Positions 29,101 through 40,912 of a stretch of 64,000 nt of DNA are shown here, piece after piece. The DNA is taken from assembly GCA_002382085.1 (NCBI GenBank), contig DFZK01000014.1, positions 15,653-79,652 on the forward strand, given 5' to 3'. How positions within the stretch are numbered: the first letter of the stretch is position 1; each line of letters begins with the position of its first letter. Origin of the DNA: Sulfurospirillum sp. UBA4058 (lineage in GTDB: Bacteria; Campylobacterota; Campylobacteria; Campylobacterales; Sulfurospirillaceae). Below the pieces are notes generated by a model. It made no database searches and was not told where the DNA came from. It saw only the letters and a list, made by a program, of their open reading frames with translations. Position numbers and translations under genes: made by a program.

Positions 29101-29898
29101 ATGAAACACCTACCGAAAACCATGCTTAAAAGACCGCTTCTTTTAGGCACGATCACATTTATCATCAATCTTTTCATGAGTACCGTACCCGTTTTATTGC
29201 TCCATCAACAACATGTCGAACACTACTTAACCCTTTCTTCCGTCAATGAAACCTTCCTTTCCGATTGGCAGAGCATGCAACAAACAATTGTTTATCACAC
29301 GCTCATTTATGCATTCGTCTTCACGGTCATCATCTCGAGCTTGGTCACGCTCTTGGCATATTTTCTGAACAAATCGTACGTTGAAGTGGAAAATCTCTCT
29401 CATTTCGACGGACTGACGGGCTTGTATAACCGTTTGATGTTCGTCACTATCGTTCACCAAGAGATTCAAAAAATCAAACGCTCGGGACAAGTGCTTTTTT
29501 TGATTATTTTGGATATCGACGATTTTAAACCGATTAACGATACGTACGGTCACCTGATCGGCGATGAAGCAATTAAAACGACGGCGCATACGCTTAAGCA
29601 TTTACTACGTTCGTGCGATACGATCGGGCGCTTCGGCGGCGACGAGTTTGTCTTATGCATCGTCGACAACGATAAAAACGCGGCTTCAACGATCGTCAAT
29701 CGCGTTTTAGAGGAGTTCAACCATAAAACGATTCCGGTCTCGCGCAACAACGAAGCCCAAGAACTCCAAATCAATCTTAGTATCGGCTATACCGCCTATA
29801 AAAACGAAGACACGTTCAACACGATGCTTCAACGTGCCGATCAAGCTCTTTACATCTCCAAAGCCGCCGGCAAAAATACCGCTACGTTCCTTGCTTAA
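29101..29898 (+). CDS. membrane-anchored diguanylate cyclase (GGDEF)
   Basis: Two N-terminal TM segments, GGDEF motif RFGGDEFVL, and an RxxD I-site (RSCD) five residues upstream. Confidence 0.85.
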   Translation: MKHLPKTMLKRPLLLGTITFIINLFMSTVPVLLLHQQHVEHYLTLSSVNETFLSDWQSMQQTIVYHTLIYAFVFTVIISSLVTLLAYFLNKSYVEVENLSHFDGLTGLYNRLMFVTIVHQEIQKIKRSGQVLFLIILDIDDFKPINDTYGHLIGDEAIKTTAHTLKHLLRSCDTIGRFGGDEFVLCIVDNDKNAASTIVNRVLEEFNHKTIPVSRNNEAQELQINLSIGYTAYKNEDTFNTMLQRADQALYISKAAGKNTATFLA

Positions 29899-29957
29899 AC
29901 CAAGTCTTACCGCTCTTTTTGTATAATCCAACCAAAAAAAGCAAGGTAACGAACCCC

Positions 29958-32588
<2,631 letters not shown>

Positions 32589-32604
32589 GAATTAAGGATA
32601 AACT

Positions 32605-33714
32605 ATGAACGTCAAACTCTTCACGATCCTTCTTACGACATCGTTGATGCTTTTTCACGGATGCGGCGAAAATGCAAAAGACGACAAAAATAAGGAGACA
32701 AAGTCAACCTCTGCTCCGGAAAAAACGTATACCTTGACATTGGCGACCACGTGGGCGGAACAAGTCCCTTTTTTAGGACCGGCACCTCTTACGTTAGCGC
32801 AAACCCTTGACAAAATGTCAAACGGCCGTTTAAAAATCAAAGTCGATTCGCCCAACAAACACAAAGCACCTTTTGGGGTTATGGATATGGTCAAAGAGGG
32901 ACAATACGATCTTGCGTATACGGCTTCGTACTATTACAAAGGTAAAGATTATAAGTTGGTCTTTTTTACGACCGTACCTTTCGGTATGCTCTTAAACGAA
33001 CAATACGCATGGTATAACTACGGCGGCGGTAAAGAGCTGGCGGCAAAAGTTTACGGCGAACACGGACTGATTTCGTATCCTATGGGTTCGACCGGTATAC
33101 AAATGGGCGGTTGGTTTAAAAAAGAGATTAAATCTCTCGACGATCTCAAAGGTCTCAAATTTAGAATTCCGGGACAAGGCGGCGAAGTCATGGCGAAACT
33201 CGGCGTCAATGCCGTGAATACGCCTCCGGGCGAACTCTATACTTCACTAGAGCGCAACACGATCGATGCCGTAGAATGGATTAGTCCCGTTTTTGACTTT
33301 GCAATGGGCTTTCATAAATTGGCAAATTACTATTATACCGGTTGGCAAGAACCGGCAAGCGAGATTCAACTCCTTGCCAATAAAAAGAAAATCGACGCCC
33401 TCCCCGCCGACTTACGTGCCATCTTAGAATCGGCTATCAAATCGGTCGGATCGCAATTGATGGATCAAGCGACCAATGCCAATGCCGAAGCATGGGCCAA
33501 TATCGCAAAAGAGTATCCAAACGTCAAAGTACAACAATTTCCGGCGGATGTGATGGCGGCTTTGAAAAAAGCGGCACGTGAGATTGAAGACGAACAAGCG
33601 GCTAAAGATCCGGTTTTTAAAGAAATTTTAGAGTCCCAACGCGCCTATTTGGCTAAAGTACGCCCTTGGACGCTGATGGGTGAATACGGCTATCTCAAAC
33701 AACTCGAACAATAA
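32605..33714 (+). CDS. TRAP-transporter-type periplasmic solute-binding protein (DctP family)
   Basis: Signal/lipobox LFHGC and SBP family 7-like sequence. No DctQ/DctM genes are adjacent. Confidence 0.7.
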   Translation: MNVKLFTILLTTSLMLFHGCGENAKDDKNKETKSTSAPEKTYTLTLATTWAEQVPFLGPAPLTLAQTLDKMSNGRLKIKVDSPNKHKAPFGVMDMVKEGQYDLAYTASYYYKGKDYKLVFFTTVPFGMLLNEQYAWYNYGGGKELAAKVYGEHGLISYPMGSTGIQMGGWFKKEIKSLDDLKGLKFRIPGQGGEVMAKLGVNAVNTPPGELYTSLERNTIDAVEWISPVFDFAMGFHKLANYYYTGWQEPASEIQLLANKKKIDALPADLRAILESAIKSVGSQLMDQATNANAEAWANIAKEYPNVKVQQFPADVMAALKKAAREIEDEQAAKDPVFKEILESQRAYLAKVRPWTLMGEYGYLKQLEQ

Positions 33715-33720
33715 AAAAGT

Positions 33721-33743
33721 AGCAAGGGCGTCTTGCCCTTGCT
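33721..33743. terminator. bidirectional terminator hairpin between TRAP SBP gene and mog
   Basis: AGCAAGGGC-gtctt-GCCCTTGCT. Confidence 0.6.
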
Positions 33744-33749
33744 TAAAAC

Positions 33750-34280
33750 TTATGCCTTTGGGCGAAACGGTTTGATAATTTCCTCATGGCATGTCAAAAA
33801 CGGTCCCTCTAAAAGATCGATGCAATAAGGCACGGCAGGGAAAACCGCATCCAAACACTCTCGAATCGATTTGGGTTTACCGGGCAGATTAATCATAAGG
33901 CTTTTACCTCGAATTCCCGCCGTTTGGCGCGATAAAATTGCCGTCGGTACGTATTTGAGGCTCACTTGACGCATCAATTCTCCAAAACCGGGCATCATTT
34001 TTTCACAGACCGCTTCGGTTGCTTCAGGCGTTACGTCTCTGAGTGCCGGACCCGTTCCTCCGGTCGTTACGATCAAACAACACCCCTCTTCATCCGCCAT
34101 CTGCTTTAACGACGCTTCAATCAAAGCTTGTTCGTCGGGTATAACGCGATAGACGCTTTGCCACGGAGAGCTTAAATATTCATCGAGGGTTGCGATAATC
34201 GCTTTTCCCGAAAGGTCTTCGTAAACACCGGCACTGGCGCGATCCGATACGGTTAAAATTCCGATTTTAATTTCTGTCAT
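33750..34280 (-). CDS. mog: molybdopterin adenylyltransferase MogA
   Basis: GILTVSDRAS, TTGGTGPALRD. Confidence 0.85.
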   Translation of the reverse strand: MTEIKIGILTVSDRASAGVYEDLSGKAIIATLDEYLSSPWQSVYRVIPDEQALIEASLKQMADEEGCCLIVTTGGTGPALRDVTPEATEAVCEKMMPGFGELMRQVSLKYVPTAILSRQTAGIRGKSLMINLPGKPKSIRECLDAVFPAVPYCIDLLEGPFLTCHEEIIKPFRPKA

Positions 34281-35220
34281 GGTTGCGTTTCTCCGTCTTA
34301 AATTCTAAAAGCGTTGCAATCGTTTTCGTATATGCCGCATCTTCGCCGATTTGATGAAGGGCGCGAATCACGATACCGCAAATTTCATCGATTTCCAATG
34401 TTCGATGATGTTCCCAATCGACCAACATCGAAGGTTTGATCGAGTCGAAATGCGAAATCAACTCAAACATCGCATCGACGTCTTCTTGAGAAATCTTTAC
34501 ATGTAAGCTTCGTGCCGCACGTGCCGTCTCTTGCATTAAGCCGTAAACCAAAGCGGAAAGTTTGGTATCGTCGAATAAAACACCCGTTTTAACTTCCAAA
34601 AGTGCGCACAACGCATTCACGCCGTTATTGATAATCAGTTTTTTCCACAACTCTTGGCGAATATCGTATGTCGTATGCGTCGGAATGCCCGCTTCGTTGA
34701 AAGCTTTTGTCAAAGTTTCCAAAAATAACTCGTTTTCCGCCGTCGAAAACAACGTACCGACAATGGTCTCGGCTTCACCGACCGCTTCGATGCGCCCGGG
34801 GGCAATCACATGTGCGCCTATTTTACGCGTCAACGCTCCTATAACGTACTCTTCCGCAAAGTAATCGCATAAAATCACTTCGTTTTCAACACCGTTTTGC
34901 AATGAAACGATATAAGGAATTTTCACGTTTCCGCGTAATCGTTTTGCCAAAAAAATTGCGACTTCTCGCGTCGCCATCGATTTTGTCGCAAGTAAAATCG
35001 CATCGTATTCAAGCACGTCGATAGAAGCTAAAGCCTCCATCTCTACGGCGTGAACAGGCATAGAACAAGTCAAATCGGGATGAAATACGTGTAAACCTTC
35101 GGTACGCAACGCTTCCAAATGCGCACCGCGTGCGACCAATAAAACTTCATGACCTGCGTTCAAAAGTTTTGCGGCAAAATAACTTCCGACTCCGCCCGCA
35201 CCTAAAACGATAAACTTCAT
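34267..35220 (-). CDS. panE: 2-dehydropantoate 2-reductase
   Basis: MKFIVLGAGGVGSYFAAKL Rossmann N-terminus. ATG 35220 overlaps the hisD stop (ATGA). Confidence 0.8.
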   Translation of the reverse strand: MKFIVLGAGGVGSYFAAKLLNAGHEVLLVARGAHLEALRTEGLHVFHPDLTCSMPVHAVEMEALASIDVLEYDAILLATKSMATREVAIFLAKRLRGNVKIPYIVSLQNGVENEVILCDYFAEEYVIGALTRKIGAHVIAPGRIEAVGEAETIVGTLFSTAENELFLETLTKAFNEAGIPTHTTYDIRQELWKKLIINNGVNALCALLEVKTGVLFDDTKLSALVYGLMQETARAARSLHVKISQEDVDAMFELISHFDSIKPSMLVDWEHHRTLEIDEICGIVIRALHQIGEDAAYTKTIATLLEFKTEKRNHDRN

Positions 35221-36509
35221 GCGTTCAATCGAACCTTGACGCTCGCTTCGTGTGCCCCAAGACCTTCCGTTTTCGCAAGCAATGCGCACGCCTCACCGAT
35301 CTCGTCGATGCCTTGTTTGCTCATACTGATGATCGAAGAGCGTTTCAAAAAGTGATCGACGCTCAAAGGCGAATAAAATTTCGCGGTTCCGCCCGTAGGA
35401 AGCGTATGATTGGGACCGGCGATATAGTCTCCGATAGGTTCCGGCGTGTAAGCTCCCATAAAAATAGCTCCCGCATGACGAATTTTCGGTAAAAGATCAA
35501 ACGGGTGAGAGGTGACGATTTCCAAATGCTCCGGTGCAATTTGATTCATTAAAGCCACCGCTTCGTCCATATCGCGCGTAAGAATAATCGCACCCCGCTC
35601 TTTAATCGACACCTCCGCAATCGCTTTTCTCTGCAACGTTTTGAGCCAAACATCAATCTCGTCGCGCGTTTTTTCCGCAATTTCGGACGATGGCGTAATC
35701 AAAATAGAACTTGCCATTTCGTCGTGTTCCGCTTGCGAGAGCAAATCGATCGCTAAATGGTTTGCATTTGCGCTCTCATCGGCTAAAATGCCGATTTCGC
35801 TCGGACCTGCGATCATATCGATATTCACTTCGCCGAACACCATTTTCTTTGCCGTAGCAACGAAAATATTGCCAGGTCCCGTAATAACGTCGACTTTAGG
35901 AATACTTTGCGTGCCGTACGCCATCGCACCGATCGCACTTGCTCCGCCGACTTTATACGCTTTTTGGATTTTGCATAAGTGCATCGCCGCTAACAATAAA
36001 GGATTCAACTCGTTATGAGGAGCCGGCGTACAGACGACGATTTCTTTGACGCCGGCGACAATAGCGGGAACGGCATTCATCAGTAAACTGCTCGGGTATG
36101 CCGCTTTACCGCCGGGGATATAAAGTCCCGCACGATCCATCGGTGTTACCTTTTGCCCCAAAACCGTTCCGTTATCTTCAAAATCAAGCCAAGATTTGGG
36201 CATGAGTTTCTCGTGGTACGTGTAAATACGTCGATACGCAAGCTCCAACGCTTTTTTCAACGGCGCGTCCAATGCATCGTACGCATCTTTCATTCGCTCA
36301 GGCGTAACGCATAAAGCTTCGTCGTTTTCGACATGCCATTGATCGAACTTTTCGATATGCCGTTTCAGTGCATCGTTGCCTTCGGTTTTGATTTCGTTCA
36401 AAATGCCTCCGACGATTTTAGAGACATTTTCCATATCCATATGCCCGCGGCGTAAAAGTTCGTCAAAATGCGCTTGAAAATCTTTCTGTTCGGTTTTTAA
36501 AAATTGCAT
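35217..36509 (-). CDS. hisD: histidinol dehydrogenase
   Basis: LSQAEHD, IAPEHLE, GDYIAGPNHTLPT. ATG 36509 follows GAGGA; TTG 36527 is an alternative start. Confidence 0.95.
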   Translation of the reverse strand: MQFLKTEQKDFQAHFDELLRRGHMDMENVSKIVGGILNEIKTEGNDALKRHIEKFDQWHVENDEALCVTPERMKDAYDALDAPLKKALELAYRRIYTYHEKLMPKSWLDFEDNGTVLGQKVTPMDRAGLYIPGGKAAYPSSLLMNAVPAIVAGVKEIVVCTPAPHNELNPLLLAAMHLCKIQKAYKVGGASAIGAMAYGTQSIPKVDVITGPGNIFVATAKKMVFGEVNIDMIAGPSEIGILADESANANHLAIDLLSQAEHDEMASSILITPSSEIAEKTRDEIDVWLKTLQRKAIAEVSIKERGAIILTRDMDEAVALMNQIAPEHLEIVTSHPFDLLPKIRHAGAIFMGAYTPEPIGDYIAGPNHTLPTGGTAKFYSPLSVDHFLKRSSIISMSKQGIDEIGEACALLAKTEGLGAHEASVKVRLNA

Positions 36510-36607
36510 GATCGTATCCTCGTTCAAATTCCATACTCAATACTAAACTCTTTGATAAACCTTAAGCTTAAAATCGGCACTCTGTAAGGCTTATAAAAGA
36601 GCTTTTA

Positions 36608-37489
36608 TTATAGCATATTTGCTTGACGCTCATACCTAGCCAACATCGAAGCATTGCCTAAAAGTCCACCTTGATGCACATAAATCGGTGTTCCTTGAAG
36701 AACGTCTAGATGCTCCGTGAGAACTTTCCACCCCACGGGATCATAGACCAGATCGAACGTAACACCCGTTTCCGCCTGCACGTTTTTCCAAACCTCGAAA
36801 AGTTCGCGATAAAGCTTCCCGTAACGATATTTTCGATGTGCTTCTAAAATCGTCGGATAGACAAGTGCATTGGGTTCAATGACTTCCCATTGTCGCCTCA
36901 GATACGCGCTATCGCCCACGGTTGCACAGGTATAAACCTTAAAAGGCAAGTGTTTTTGCAAAAAAAGTGCCGTCGTTCCCGTACCGGAGGGTAAAAAAAG
37001 ATAGGGATTTTCGACATGTTCTCTCTCAACGTCGTTCAATAACTCCCGCGCTAAAAGAGAAACGCCCTCTTCCGCCTCTTTTTGGCTTCCACCCTCGTTG
37101 ACATGTAAGGTATGTGAATCCAAAAAAGCGTCTAGAGCGACCTCACGGGCGGGCGACTCAAAAATTCGCATACCGTTTTCAAGGGCTTTGGCGTAATTAC
37201 CGATGGGATTTTGTTTTAAAAACGACGAAATGTGATCGCAAACGTAGATAAATTCCCATCCTCTTTTCCGTGCCAAAACGGAGAGTGAATACATGGCATT
37301 GGATTGATTGGAGCCGGAACTTACGACACGCTTGATATGCGGAAATTCCCGCACTAAAAAAGCATAAAATTTACGTGCCTTATTGCCGGAAAAATCGACG
37401 TCTAAAAGATCGTCGCGTTTGAAATAGATACGTCGATTTTGAAAAATTTTTTCTTCAAATAAGGAAGGTTGAAAAGTGACTATCATCAA
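36608..37489 (-). CDS. PLP-dependent enzyme, ACC deaminase/D-cysteine desulfhydrase family
   Basis: FSGNKARKF lysine motif and Trp-synthase-beta-like fold pattern. Confidence 0.55.
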   Translation of the reverse strand: MMIVTFQPSLFEEKIFQNRRIYFKRDDLLDVDFSGNKARKFYAFLVREFPHIKRVVSSGSNQSNAMYSLSVLARKRGWEFIYVCDHISSFLKQNPIGNYAKALENGMRIFESPAREVALDAFLDSHTLHVNEGGSQKEAEEGVSLLARELLNDVEREHVENPYLFLPSGTGTTALFLQKHLPFKVYTCATVGDSAYLRRQWEVIEPNALVYPTILEAHRKYRYGKLYRELFEVWKNVQAETGVTFDLVYDPVGWKVLTEHLDVLQGTPIYVHQGGLLGNASMLARYERQANML

Positions 37490-37519
37490 AGATCAAGACC
37501 CCTTTCGAGGTCTTGCGAT

Positions 37520-38596
37520 TTACAGACGATTCATACAATTAAGTGCGTCGAAAGCTTGAAGCAATCGGGATTTAAGTGCTTCTTCACCCGAACGTAACCA
37601 TTTACGAGGATCGTAGTATTTTTTATTGGGTTTGTCGTCGCCTTCGGGATTGCCGATTTGACCTTGAAGGTACGGAGCGTATTTTTCGGCATACTCTTTT
37701 ACGCCTTCCCAAAACGCCCATTGCGTATCGGTGTCGATGTTCATTTTAATCACGCCGTAACCGACCGCCTCGCGAATATCCGAAAGCTCGCTACCGCTAC
37801 CGCCGTGAAAGACGAAATTAACGGGTTTTGATTCCGTCGCAAATTTTGTTTCGATGTATTTTTGAGAATTATCTAAAATTTTCGGCGTTAAATGAACGTT
37901 GCCCGGCTTGTAAACGCCGTGAACATTTCCAAACGATGCGGCAACGGTAAAATGAGGGCTAATTTTCATCAACGTTTCGTACGCATATGCTACGTCTTGC
38001 GGTTGCGTGTAAAGTGCCGAATTATCAAGCCCCGTATTGTCGACGCCGTCTTCTTCGCCGCCCGTACATCCAAGTTCAAGTTCAAGCGTCATACCGATTT
38101 TACTCATACGCGTCAAATATTCTGCACACGTTTTGACGTTTTGCTCCAACGGTTCTTCCGAAAGATCTAACATGTGAGAACTAAAAAGCGGTTTACCCGT
38201 TTGTGCAAAATGCGCTTCACTTGCCTTTAAAAGCTCATCGATCCACGGTAAAAGTTTACGCGCGGCATGGTCGGTATGCAAAATCACCGCAACACCGTAT
38301 GCCTCGGCTAAAGTATGGACATGCAACGCTCCGCTGATCGCACCCAACACTCCGGCTTGCAAACCGCTAACGCCCTTGCCCGCATAAAACTCGGCACCGC
38401 CGTTGGAAAATTGAATAATCACCGGAGAATTCGCCGCTTTTGCCGCTTCTAAGACGGCATTGATCGAATCGGTTCCTACAACGTTAACCGCAGGAATAGC
38501 GTATGCATTCGCTTTTGCGATCGCAAACACTTTTTGTACGTCTTCACCCGTGACGACACCCGGTTTTACAAAATCAAAAATTTTTGCATTCAGCAT
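37520..38596 (-). CDS. fba: class II fructose-bisphosphate aldolase
   Basis: AVILHTDH, FVFHGGSGS, 358 aa. Confidence 0.95.
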   Translation of the reverse strand: MLNAKIFDFVKPGVVTGEDVQKVFAIAKANAYAIPAVNVVGTDSINAVLEAAKAANSPVIIQFSNGGAEFYAGKGVSGLQAGVLGAISGALHVHTLAEAYGVAVILHTDHAARKLLPWIDELLKASEAHFAQTGKPLFSSHMLDLSEEPLEQNVKTCAEYLTRMSKIGMTLELELGCTGGEEDGVDNTGLDNSALYTQPQDVAYAYETLMKISPHFTVAASFGNVHGVYKPGNVHLTPKILDNSQKYIETKFATESKPVNFVFHGGSGSELSDIREAVGYGVIKMNIDTDTQWAFWEGVKEYAEKYAPYLQGQIGNPEGDDKPNKKYYDPRKWLRSGEEALKSRLLQAFDALNCMNRL

Positions 38597-38615
38597 AAAA
38601 CGCCTTTGTTTTTAA

Positions 38616-38649
38616 TTTTTACACGCCTTGCGGGCAAAGCCCGAAAGGC
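38616..38649. repeat. 34-bp repeat copy 1 (TTTTTACACGCCTTGCGGGCAAAGCCCGAAAGGC)
   Basis: Exact duplicate of 38722-38755. Confidence 0.9.
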
Positions 38650-38721
38650 TACGCTTCGCTTTGACTAAAGCTTGCCTCTTGCGAGGCAGAAAAGCCTTAT
38701 CTAAATTTGAACTTCTTTTAC

Positions 38722-38755
38722 TTTTTACACGCCTTGCGGGCAAAGCCCGAAAGGC
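38722..38755. repeat. 34-bp repeat copy 2, forms extended hairpin ACACGCCTT..AAGGCGTGT
   Basis: Exact duplicate of 38616-38649. Inner stem CGGGC-aaa-GCCCG. Confidence 0.9.
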
Positions 38756-38766
38756 GTGTTATCGGA

Positions 38767-39579
38767 CTATTTAGTCGTTACTTTAGCACTTTGGCGTAAT
38801 TTTTTTGCTTTTTCGGAAACTTGAACACGGAATTTTTCCATTTTCAAACCGTTTTCAATATTCGCTTTAACCGTTTCAAACGTTGCTTTTTCAGCCGCTT
38901 TCGTATCTTCGACTAAAATAACATGGTATCCGAATTGCGTTTGAACGGGAACTTTCGTAATTTCGCCTTTTTTAAGCGCAAACGCTGCATCCGCGAAAGG
39001 TTTTACCATTTGATTTGCCGCAAACCAACCGAGATCGCCGCCGCCTTGACCGCTAGGACCCGTTGATTTTGTGGTCGCAAGTTCGGTAAATTTGTCGACA
39101 AGTTTTTGACCGGAAAGACCGTCGAGTTGTTTGATAACGTCTTTGGCTTCTTCTTCCGTTTTAACGAGGACATGTCGTGCTTTTACGGTTGCCGGTTGCA
39201 TAAATTTATCGGCATTTTTATCGTAATAGTCTTTAACCTCTTGAGGGCTTACTTTAACGCCGTCAAAGATTTTTTTCATCCAAACTTCAAGGGCGAGATC
39301 GCTCTTAATGCGTTTAAGAGCTTCAGCATAATCTTTGTCTTTTTCTACGCCGCTTTTCATCGCTTCGGCAGTTAACAATTTACGCTCGATTGCTTGCTCA
39401 ACGATTTTTTGTTTTGCATCTTCAGGGAGCGTTTCATATTTTGCGCCTTGCATTGCGCGCATTAACACCGCGATATCTTGATCCGTTACGTCTTCACCGT
39501 TAACGGTTGCGAAAACCGTCGCATTTAAACTCACGCCAAGTACTGCCGCGGCAATACTACTTAGAATAATTTTTTTCAC
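38767..39579 (-). CDS. periplasmic peptidyl-prolyl cis-trans isomerase, PEB4/Cbf2 (SurA-like)
   Basis: Signal peptide and PpiC rotamase domain (ARHVLV..., FGYHVILVE). Confidence 0.85.
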   Translation of the reverse strand: MKKIILSSIAAAVLGVSLNATVFATVNGEDVTDQDIAVLMRAMQGAKYETLPEDAKQKIVEQAIERKLLTAEAMKSGVEKDKDYAEALKRIKSDLALEVWMKKIFDGVKVSPQEVKDYYDKNADKFMQPATVKARHVLVKTEEEAKDVIKQLDGLSGQKLVDKFTELATTKSTGPSGQGGGDLGWFAANQMVKPFADAAFALKKGEITKVPVQTQFGYHVILVEDTKAAEKATFETVKANIENGLKMEKFRVQVSEKAKKLRQSAKVTTK

Positions 39580-39704
39580 TCAAGTCCTTTAAGAAAGTTA
39601 TTGTGGAATTCTATCTAAAATGATATTACGATTTCTTAAATAAAGTGTTAATTTCAAGGATTAGCGGTATAATTTTTTCAAAAAGAATCAAGGTTTAGGA
39701 AATT

Positions 39705-40349
39705 ATGAAAAAAGCCGCCGTTAAAGAGGTTCAAGCGATTAAAGCCTTTTTTTTAGAGCACTATGCGCAAGCCGTGACGGAATTACGCTATCACTCGTTG
39801 TACGAACTTTTAGTTTGCGTTATGCTCTCCGCACAATGTACCGACAAACGCGTCAATATCATTACGCCGGAGCTGTTCAAGCATTATCCCGACGTTCACG
39901 CTTTGGCACTCGCCGATCTCGAAAACGTTAAGGAGCTTATTCGTTCATGTTCGTTTTTTAACAATAAAGCGCAAAACCTCATCAAGATGGCGCAAACCGT
40001 TGTGCAAACATACAACGGAGAGATTCCGCTTGATGAAACGCGTTTAATGACGTTAGCCGGAGTCGGACAAAAGACGGCGCACGTCGTTATGATCGAATAC
40101 GCCAAAGCAAACTTAATGGCCGTCGATACGCACGTGTTTCGTGTTGCGCACCGATTGGGGCTCTCCAACGCTAAAACGGCCGTTAAAACCGAAGAAGAAC
40201 TCACCAAACTTTTTAAGAACGATTTGGATACGCTCCATCAAGCAATGGTTCTGTTCGGCAGATACCATTGCAAAGCGATCAAACCGCTTTGCAATACCTG
40301 CCTTTTGAAGATTTACTGCAAAAGTAACGAAGGGTTTAAAGCCACTTAG
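39705..40349 (+). CDS. nth: endonuclease III
   Basis: HhH-GPD (LAGVGQKTAHVV) and C-terminal 4Fe-4S Cys cluster CKAIKPLCNTCLLKIYC. Confidence 0.9.
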   Translation: MKKAAVKEVQAIKAFFLEHYAQAVTELRYHSLYELLVCVMLSAQCTDKRVNIITPELFKHYPDVHALALADLENVKELIRSCSFFNNKAQNLIKMAQTVVQTYNGEIPLDETRLMTLAGVGQKTAHVVMIEYAKANLMAVDTHVFRVAHRLGLSNAKTAVKTEEELTKLFKNDLDTLHQAMVLFGRYHCKAIKPLCNTCLLKIYCKSNEGFKAT

Positions 40350-40909
40350 CCCGTAACCGTGTCGATCCATTTGATCGAACATCCCATAGAAGGGTGTTGA
40401 ACCTTGGGGGCTTCTTGTTTACTGAAAAGCAACATAATCGCTTCGCGTAATTCCTCTTCTTTGACGGCGGATTCGTCGCGCCAATTATCATCGATACGTC
40501 CGTGGTAATAGAGTTTTTGTTCGGCATCGAATAAAAAGATATCGGGTGTACATGTCGCACCCAAACTTTGAGCGACTTCTTGCTTTTCGTCAATCAAATA
40601 CGGGAAAAAGATGCCCATTTCGGCAATTTTATCGCGCATATGTGCCGGCGAATCTTCCGGATAATTGGGGTGAATGTTCGGATTGATCGCAACGGTCGTA
40701 ATATCTAATTTTTTCGCAAACTCCGCAACGGCGACGAAACGTTTCCATACCGCGTTGGCGTAAGGACAGTGATTGCACATGACCGCTAGCAAAAAACCGC
40801 CTTTACCGAAGAGCGTTTTACTACTCAACCCGTTTCCGTCGGGATCTTCAAGACTGAAATGTTTAAGCGGCGTACCCAAAGGAATGGGAGCCGATTGAAT
40901 CAATGCCAT
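40346..40909 (-). CDS. thioredoxin-fold protein (AhpC/TSA-like)
   Basis: CNHCPY motif, 187 aa. Confidence 0.65.
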   Translation of the reverse strand: MALIQSAPIPLGTPLKHFSLEDPDGNGLSSKTLFGKGGFLLAVMCNHCPYANAVWKRFVAVAEFAKKLDITTVAINPNIHPNYPEDSPAHMRDKIAEMGIFFPYLIDEKQEVAQSLGATCTPDIFLFDAEQKLYYHGRIDDNWRDESAVKEEELREAIMLLFSKQEAPKVQHPSMGCSIKWIDTVTG

Positions 40910-40912
40910 GCG

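Noticed and set aside
38616-38755. Hairpins as simple rho-independent terminators of the PPIase gene
   Set aside because: On the transcribed (minus) strand the stems are followed by A-rich rather than U-rich tracts. They are reported as an unexplained repeat instead.
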